DNA of 64,000 bases from Eledone cirrhosa (taxonomy: Eukaryota). The stretch is taken from contig OZ024740.1 of the NCBI GenBank assembly GCA_964016885.1, positions 418,252,001 through 418,316,000 of the forward strand, read 5' to 3'. The position numbers were made by a program, and so were the translations under genes. Under the pieces are notes generated by a model, which made no database searches, was not told the DNA's origin, and saw nothing but the letters and a program-made list of their open reading frames with translations. This document shows, piece by piece, positions 57,451 to 64,000 of the stretch; the stretch's first letter is position 1; the number at the start of each line of letters is the position of its first letter.

Positions 57451-57874
57451 ATTTATATGGTGAATATAGATATGAAATGTGTGCACGAATAATGAAGAGT
57501 TTTGTTTGTGAGTGTGTATGGTGTGTGTTGTGTGTGGTGTGTGTGTGTATGGTGTGTGTGATGTGTGTATGTGTCTGGTGTGTGTGTGTGTCTGTGTATG
57601 GTGTGAGTGTGTATGGTGTGTGTGTGTGTGTGCGTGTCTGTGTGTATATGTGTCGATGCGACAGCATGTGCTTGTGTATGTTGTGTGTGTTCTTTTATGT
57701 TTGTGTGTGTGTGTGTGTAGGTGCGACAATATGTGCTTGTGTGTGTGTGTGTATGTGTGTGTGGATGCGACAATATGTGCATGCACATGTATGTGTGAGT
57801 GAGTGTATGCAACAATATGTACGTGTGTATGTATGTGATAGAAAGTGTGTGTTATAAAGACACCCTCTATAAGA

Positions 57875-57964
<90 letters not shown>

Positions 57965-57996
57965 AGATCAAAAGATGGTTAAAGGAGTTCCATATA

Positions 57997-58063
57997 TTTT
58001 ATTATGCGCATTTCAAAAACAAACATCATCAAGCAATAATATTTGTGTTTTCATCAGATAAAA
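57997..58063 (-). ncRNA. Hammerhead family E (inverted copy)
   Basis: Reverse complement of 60591-60657. Confidence 0.8.
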
Positions 58064-60590
58064 CAGGAGAACATGATATGAAGGCTAAAAAAACACTTGT
58101 TGATAGTGCAGTTTTAAATCAACATATGAAAAGTGGTTTTAGATTGATGTGTGATATTGGGAAAAATATTTTATTTAGAGAGGGGGGGGGAGGATGAAAA
58201 GGGAAGGAGATGAGAGGGAGAGATGGGTGATAGAGAGAAAGAGATAGTTTTTATAACTGAGAGGAGATATATTTTTTACATAGAGGGGTTGAAAACCGTT
58301 GGAAGATACTCTATAAATTAAAAATTTTGAAAATTAACGAAGGGAGGATATGTGCGAGGAAAAAATATCTTATTTAGGGAGGGTGGGGTGGAAAGGATGA
58401 AAAAAAGGGGGGAGGAGATGAGAGTGAAGGTGGAGAGGGAGAGATGGGTGATAGAGAGAAAGAGATAGTTTTTATAACTGAGAAAAAGATATATTGTTTT
58501 AATATAGAGAGGTTGGGAACCGTTGGAAGATAATGTATAAATTAAAGGAATTTGAAAATTAACGAAGGGAAATTATGTATGAAGATAGAGAGAAAAAAAT
58601 AATAATTGTGGGTGAATATTCTAACGTCAAAAGAAGAAATGTATGTATTGTGGCAATTTCAAAATTAGCGAAGAGAAAAATTGTTAAGGTAGAAGGATTT
58701 GAGAAGTGTTGAAGGATTTGAGAAAAATAATGTGAAGTTAAAGTTTGTATATTGAATTGATATGTATTAATAATGAGTTCGTTGATGGGGAGAAAAAAAT
58801 AATAATAAATTAAGGATGAAATTGAGATTAAAAAGATTTATGATAGAGAGAAAAAATAATAATGATTGCGGATGAATATTCAAAATGTCAAAAACAAATG
58901 TTATTATTTTACGAGAAGATAGAATGAGGGTAATGAGTAAACAAGTATTATAGAATGTATAATGCCCTTTAAAGTAAGGTAGATGGGTATATTTTAAAGA
59001 GGTGTATGTATATGTGCCTTTGAGAAAAGATTCTAAATTGATAAAGAATTGAATATTAACTGTATACTTTGTGAAAAGTTCTATGGAATTTATGCAGGCA
59101 GATAGAAAACAAATCTGAGCGTCTATTTATTATAGATTCTAGGTTAGAGATAATGGTAAATTTTTCATTTAGGCAGAGATTACAGATTTTAGATAGAGAG
59201 CTGTTCAAGTATGAGGATGCAGAAGAAATCTTTTTCCAAAAGATGTTATATTTAATGTTTTTGTCTTTTAAGGACCATATGAGTTCTGAGAGAGCAGTGT
59301 TAGTTCTTTTAAGTTTGTATTTGAAAGATGAAATACAAACTTAAAAGAACTAACACTGCTCTCTCAGAACTCATATGGTCCTTAAAAGACAAAAACATTA
59401 AATATAACATCTTTTGGAAAAAGATTTCTTCTGCATCCTCATACTTGAACAGCTCTCTATCTAAAATCTGTAATCTCTGCCTAAATGAAAAATTTACCAT
59501 TATCTCTAACCTAGAATCTATAATAAATAGACGCTCAGATTTGTTTTCTATCTGCCTGCATAAATTCCATAGAACTTTTCACAAAGTATACAGTTAATAT
59601 TCAATTCTTTATCAATTTAGAATCTTTTCTCAAAGGCACATATACATACACCTCTTTAAAATATACCCATCTACCTTACTTTAAAGGGCATTATACATTC
59701 TATAATACTTGTTTACTCATTACCCTCATTCTATCTTCTCGTAAAATAATAACATTTGTTTTTGACATTTTGAATATTCATCCGCAATCATTATTATTTT
59801 TTCTCTCTATCATAAATCTTTTTAATCTCAATTTCATCCTTAATTTATTATTATTTTTTTCTCCCCATCAACGAACTCATTATTAATACATATCAATTCA
59901 ATATACAAACTTTAACTTCACATTATTTTTCTCAAATCCTTCTACACTTCTCAAATCCTTCTACCTTAACAATTTTTCTCTTCGCTAATTTTGAAATTGC
60001 CACAATACATACATTTCTTCTTTTGACGTTAGAATATTCACCCACAATTATTATTTTTTTCTCTCTATCTTCATACATAATTTCCCTTCGTTAATTTTCA
60101 AATTCCTTTAATTTATACATTATCTTCCAACAGTTCCCAACCTCTCTATATTAAAACAATATATCTTTTTCTCAGTTATAAAAACTATCTCTTTCTCTCT
60201 ATCACCCATCTCTCCCTCTCCACCTTCACTCTCATCTCCTCCCCCCTTTTTTTCATCCTTTCCACCCCACCCTCCCTAAATAAGATATTTTTTCCTCGCA
60301 CATATCCTCCCTTCGTTAATTTTCAAAATTTTTAATTTATACAGTATCTTCCAACGGTTTTCAACCCCTCTATGTAAAAAATATATCTCCTCTCAGTTAT
60401 AAAAACTATCTCTTTCTCTCTATCACCCATCTCTCCCTCTCATCTCCTTCCCTTTTCATCCTCCCCCCCCCCTCTCTAAATAAAATATTTTTCCCAATAT
60501 CACACATCAATCTAAAACCACTTTTCATATGTTGATTTAAAACTGCACTATCAACAAGTGTTTTTTTAGCCTTCATATCATGTTCTCCTG

Positions 60591-60657
60591 TTTTATCTGA
60601 TGAAAACACAAATATTATTGCTTGATGATGTTTGTTTTTGAAATGCGCATAATAAAA
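60591..60657 (+). ncRNA. Type I hammerhead ribozyme, family E
   Basis: UUUUAU-CUGAUGA-long stem II-GAAA-UGCGCA-UA^AUAAAA; palindromic stem III AUGCGCAU. Confidence 0.85.
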
Positions 60658-60780
60658 TATATGGAACTCCTTTAACCATCTTTTGATCTTATATTATGCA
60701 TACTCCAGTCCCACAAACTGTAGAGTGCTTCTTATCCGATATCTGCATTGCTTTATTGTACTACAATAAAACTCACCTCC

Positions 60781-60835
<55 letters not shown>

Positions 60836-60851
60836 TAAAATAACAGATTAA

Positions 60852-60902
60852 AGTTTAAGCAAAGAATCGCTGCTTTCACCCTTAACGGGATCTTCTGAAA
60901 CT
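60852..60902 (-). ncRNA. Hammerhead family C (inverted pLTR copy)
   Basis: AGUUU-CAGAAGA-uCCC..GGGu-GAAA-GCA..UGC-UU^AAACU. Confidence 0.7.
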
Positions 60903-61069
60903 AACAAAGTCAATCTGTAAACGCAGAACTGGATATTTCAAAAAACGTTGCAACCGGAGGAAGACAGGAAGACGATACTTTGGTTCGTGGTAACGTTCGC
61001 TGGCAAAGAACGGGAAAAAACGAATAATACGTCATTAATAGGACCCTATCTCTGGACCCTATCTCTCCC

Positions 61070-62671
61070 CACTTTACCCTGAAGGATCACAAATCCAATT
61101 TTCCGAACAACCCCTCTATTCGGCTTATTAACCCTACGAAGTCCGATTTAGGTAGACTTAGTAAAACGATTCTTGATAGAATTATACCCGAAATTAGAAG
61201 TTTGACCCCTCTCGCACTGTGGAACAATTCTTTCGCGGTGATTGATTGGTTCAACGGCATATGTAACAAGGAACATTGCCGTTTTATCCAATTCGACATC
61301 AACAATTACTACTCCTCCATCACTTTACCACTTCTCCTTAGAGCTATCAATTTCGCTAAAACACTCACAGTGGTTAAGGATTTTGAAGTTGATGTCATCC
61401 TTAATGCCCGAAAGTCGGTGATTAATTTCGACGACTCTATTTGGATTAAAAAATCCAATAGTACCCCATTCGACGTGAGTATGGGCGCCAGTGACTCTGC
61501 GGAGGTTACTGATCTTATTGGCCTTTTCCTTCTTTTCTCTATCAAGGACGAATTCCCCAACGCGGGCGGTGGTTTGTACCGTGACGATGGTCTTTTGACC
61601 ATGACTAAGTGCGGACCTCGTGCTTGCGACAGGTTCAGAAAAGAACTCACAGCCTTCTTTAAAGGCTTCAACCTCTCTATACAGGTTGAGGCCAATCTCT
61701 CGGTCGTTAATTACCTCGACGTTACCCTCAATTTATTGAATGGGTTGTATTACCCGTATAGAAAGCCGAATGATACGCTTAATTACATAAGTAAGCATTC
61801 CAACCATCCTGCCAGCATAACCAAGAACCTGGTAAGAAACGTTTCGTTGAGGCTTTCCCGTCTTTCCACCAACGAGCGCATTTTCAACGACCATTCCACT
61901 TATTACAATGAAGCTCTTGCTCGAAGTGGATTTGTCGATAAGGTAGCATATACAGAGTACAAAAATAGACCTAGAAGAAATAGATCCCGTCGCATTTGTT
62001 GGTTTAACCCACCATATAATATGGAGGTGGCCACACCATTAGCTAAGATCTTTCTTTCCCTTATTACGAAGCATTTTCCCCCTACACATAAATATAGTAA
62101 AATTTTTAATAGAAATACTATTAAAATTTCTTACTCTACGACTCCTAGCCTTGCACATAACATCACAGCTTCAAATTTAGCTAAACTACCTAGCCGTAGG
62201 AACACGTGCAACACTGTAGTTAGTACTAACTGTAATTGTAGGAATCGGGCTGATTGCCCCCTATCCGGGAAATGCCTCTCTAGTAACATTGTCTACAAAT
62301 GTAAGGTTGTAACACCCACGTCCCGTAGGGCCTACATAGGGTTAACCGCCAATAGTTTCAAGCAGCGTCTTTACATGCATACCCATTCTTTTCGTTACCC
62401 TCTAAGAAGGAATATGACGTCACTTTCAGCTTATATCTGGAGTCTAAAAGACAACCACACCCAATATAAGTTACACTGGGAGATCCTAGCTAGGGCTAGA
62501 TCGTACAACGGAAATAAAAGACCATGTGACCTCTGCGCCGCTGAGGCCCTGGAAATACTCTACGCTACAGACCACATCTTAAACAAAAAATCTGAGGCAA
62601 TTTCGGCTTGTAAACATAAATTGCACAAAACTTTCCTGTATTACAGCCCCACGTTATACCCTAACGGATAG
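61070..62671 (+). CDS. PLE reverse transcriptase plus GIY-YIG endonuclease (N-terminally truncated, otherwise open)
   Basis: FTLKDHK, IRLINP, QFDINNYYSSI, DVSMG, LYRDDGL, NYLDV, WFNPPY, CNCR..CPLSGKC, IVYKC..YIGLT. Confidence 0.92.
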   Translation, partial: HFTLKDHKSNFPNNPSIRLINPTKSDLGRLSKTILDRIIPEIRSLTPLALWNNSFAVIDWFNGICNKEHCRFIQFDINNYYSSITLPLLLRAINFAKTLTVVKDFEVDVILNARKSVINFDDSIWIKKSNSTPFDVSMGASDSAEVTDLIGLFLLFSIKDEFPNAGGGLYRDDGLLTMTKCGPRACDRFRKELTAFFKGFNLSIQVEANLSVVNYLDVTLNLLNGLYYPYRKPNDTLNYISKHSNHPASITKNLVRNVSLRLSRLSTNERIFNDHSTYYNEALARSGFVDKVAYTEYKNRPRRNRSRRICWFNPPYNMEVATPLAKIFLSLITKHFPPTHKYSKIFNRNTIKISYSTTPSLAHNITASNLAKLPSRRNTCNTVVSTNCNCRNRADCPLSGKCLSSNIVYKCKVVTPTSRRAYIGLTANSFKQRLYMHTHSFRYPLRRNMTSLSAYIWSLKDNHTQYKLHWEILARARSYNGNKRPCDLCAAEALEILYATDHILNKKSEAISACKHKLHKTFLYYSPTLYPNG

Positions 62672-63600
62672 CACGATCTATACGTGGATATTTTACGTCT
62701 TGAAGTGGGAGCTAAGTATATGTTTTGTCTATTCCTTTACTTATTTGCATAGGTAAGTATATATTACCCGTATGTTTTGTGATGGTATGTATACCTTCTC
62801 GTACGTATATTTGACTGTTATAGCGTATGATTTTTACATATTCTGGTATTTAGGGTTTGGCTATGTGTATACGGGAGTTTTGCGTCCGCGTGAGTGTGCA
62901 AGTTCGTACGTATGGTGGGTGTGTGTATATGTGTACTTCTTGTTTTAGTTGACTTACGTCTCCGAACATTTGTGTATTTATATGTAGGTATGCGTGTGCG
63001 CTTGTTATATACGTATTTATTTACTTATATACGTTTATATAATTATTTATTTATTTGTACACAAGCATACACACACACACATATTTATATGTGCGTGGTT
63101 TTGTATACCCATGGTAAGGTTTTGCGTATGCTTGTGTATGTACGTATCTGTTTGCGTGTATGTATTTATTTGTTTCTATTACTTCTGTATTGTATTTATT
63201 TACTTTGTTCTTAACTCTGTAGCGGAGATTCATTTGGTCTCCTAGTTAGAATTTTAGTCTACGATTTCTGCTATACCATTTACGTGGTTTTGTCTTTGCG
63301 TGCTATTGTTCTCCACGCTCCACATATGACTTATTATCGTCGTTTTTTCGTTCATTGCCAGAGAACGTCTCTATGCACCACCTAAGAGAACATTAGTCTA
63401 CGACCTCTTTTATACCATAAACGTGGTTTTGTCTTTGCGCGTAATTGTTTTTCACCGCTCCTATTAATGACGTATTATTCGTTTTTTTCCCGTTCTTTGC
63501 CAGCGAACGTTACCACGAACCAAAGTATCGTCTTCCTGTCTTCCTCCGGTTGCAACGTTTTTTGAAATATCCAGTTCTGCGTTTACAGATTGACTTTGCT

Positions 63601-63651
63601 AGTTTCAGAAGATCCCGTTAAGGGTGAAAGCAGCGATTCTTTGCTTAAACT
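63601..63651 (+). ncRNA. Type I hammerhead ribozyme with CAGAAGA variant core, family C
   Basis: Stem I AGUUU/AAACU, stem II CCC/GGG, stem III AGCA/UGCU, triplet CUU. Confidence 0.72.
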
Positions 63652-64000
63652 TTAATCTGTTATTTTAATAAATATTTGCTCTACGGTTCTTATATATTTG
63701 ATATATATTTTCCTTATCGAGCCCTCTTTGGATTTTAGTCTTCAATTTTATTATTATTACTATATATATATATATATATAAAGAATGAATAATAACAGGT
63801 AGACATCATAAAAAGGTAATTTATTCCGTGTGCTTACAAGTGTTTCCACGGTGGTACTGCAGCCTAGTTATGCTACGTGCAAATTCACAAGTACTTGCAG
63901 AACTCAAATATCCAATGCTGAGACCACTGTTTCCTCAGAGCAGTGTAGTAATTAACCATTACCACATCTCGGATAATCCTATACCTAATATATATATATA

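Larger units (their letters stand above)
57958..60783. mobile_element. 5'-truncated PLE (59331-60783, +) preceded by its own inverted copy (57958-59322)
   Basis: C-terminal GIY-YIG fragment TALSELIWSLKD...CNLCLNEK...CLH; 8-bp spacer gaaagatg; (TA)n flanks. Confidence 0.9.
60830..63745 (+). mobile_element. 5'-truncated PLE (probably Hydra-like clade) with inverted partial pLTR at 60830-61042
   Basis: Open RT-EN frame; 60830-61042 is the reverse complement of ~63460-63673; (TA)n flanks. Confidence 0.92.

Noticed and set aside
59153-59500. Two near-identical 63-aa ORFs on opposite strands
   Set aside because: Antisense readings created by the PLE palindrome

Overview
AT-rich animal genomic DNA dense in microsatellites. 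A cephalopod (Octopus-like) source is inferred from the Nin/Deu-type SINE family, the huge (TA)n arrays and TTAGGG repeats. No host gene can be confidently called; nearly all long '[12 protein letters not shown]' ORFs are microsatellite read-through. The window is a transposon landscape. It holds four substantial Penelope-like element (PLE) copies, one nearly intact (RT + GIY-YIG, one frameshift) and one forming a 2.7-kb palindrome. It also holds a near full-length Tx1/L1-type LINE, two RTE LINE fragments, an R4/Dong-type 3' end, a decayed hAT transposase, five or more non-autonomous Helitrons (including a head-to-tail array), several MITE families, about 15 tRNA-derived SINEs and a 200-N gap. 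The most interesting signal was found by manual folding: at least five distinct type I hammerhead-ribozyme (HHR) families (14 full or near-full copies). Three families sit in the terminal repeats of PLEs with coding sequence; two have no parent ORF in the window and are assigned to PLEs by inference. Two families carry non-canonical cores that recur across copies (CAGAAGA and UUGAAAA). Several are tiny 50-110 bp insertions in (TA)n arrays, often fold-back, that consist almost only of the ribozyme. All RNA structures were paired by eye and are untested.
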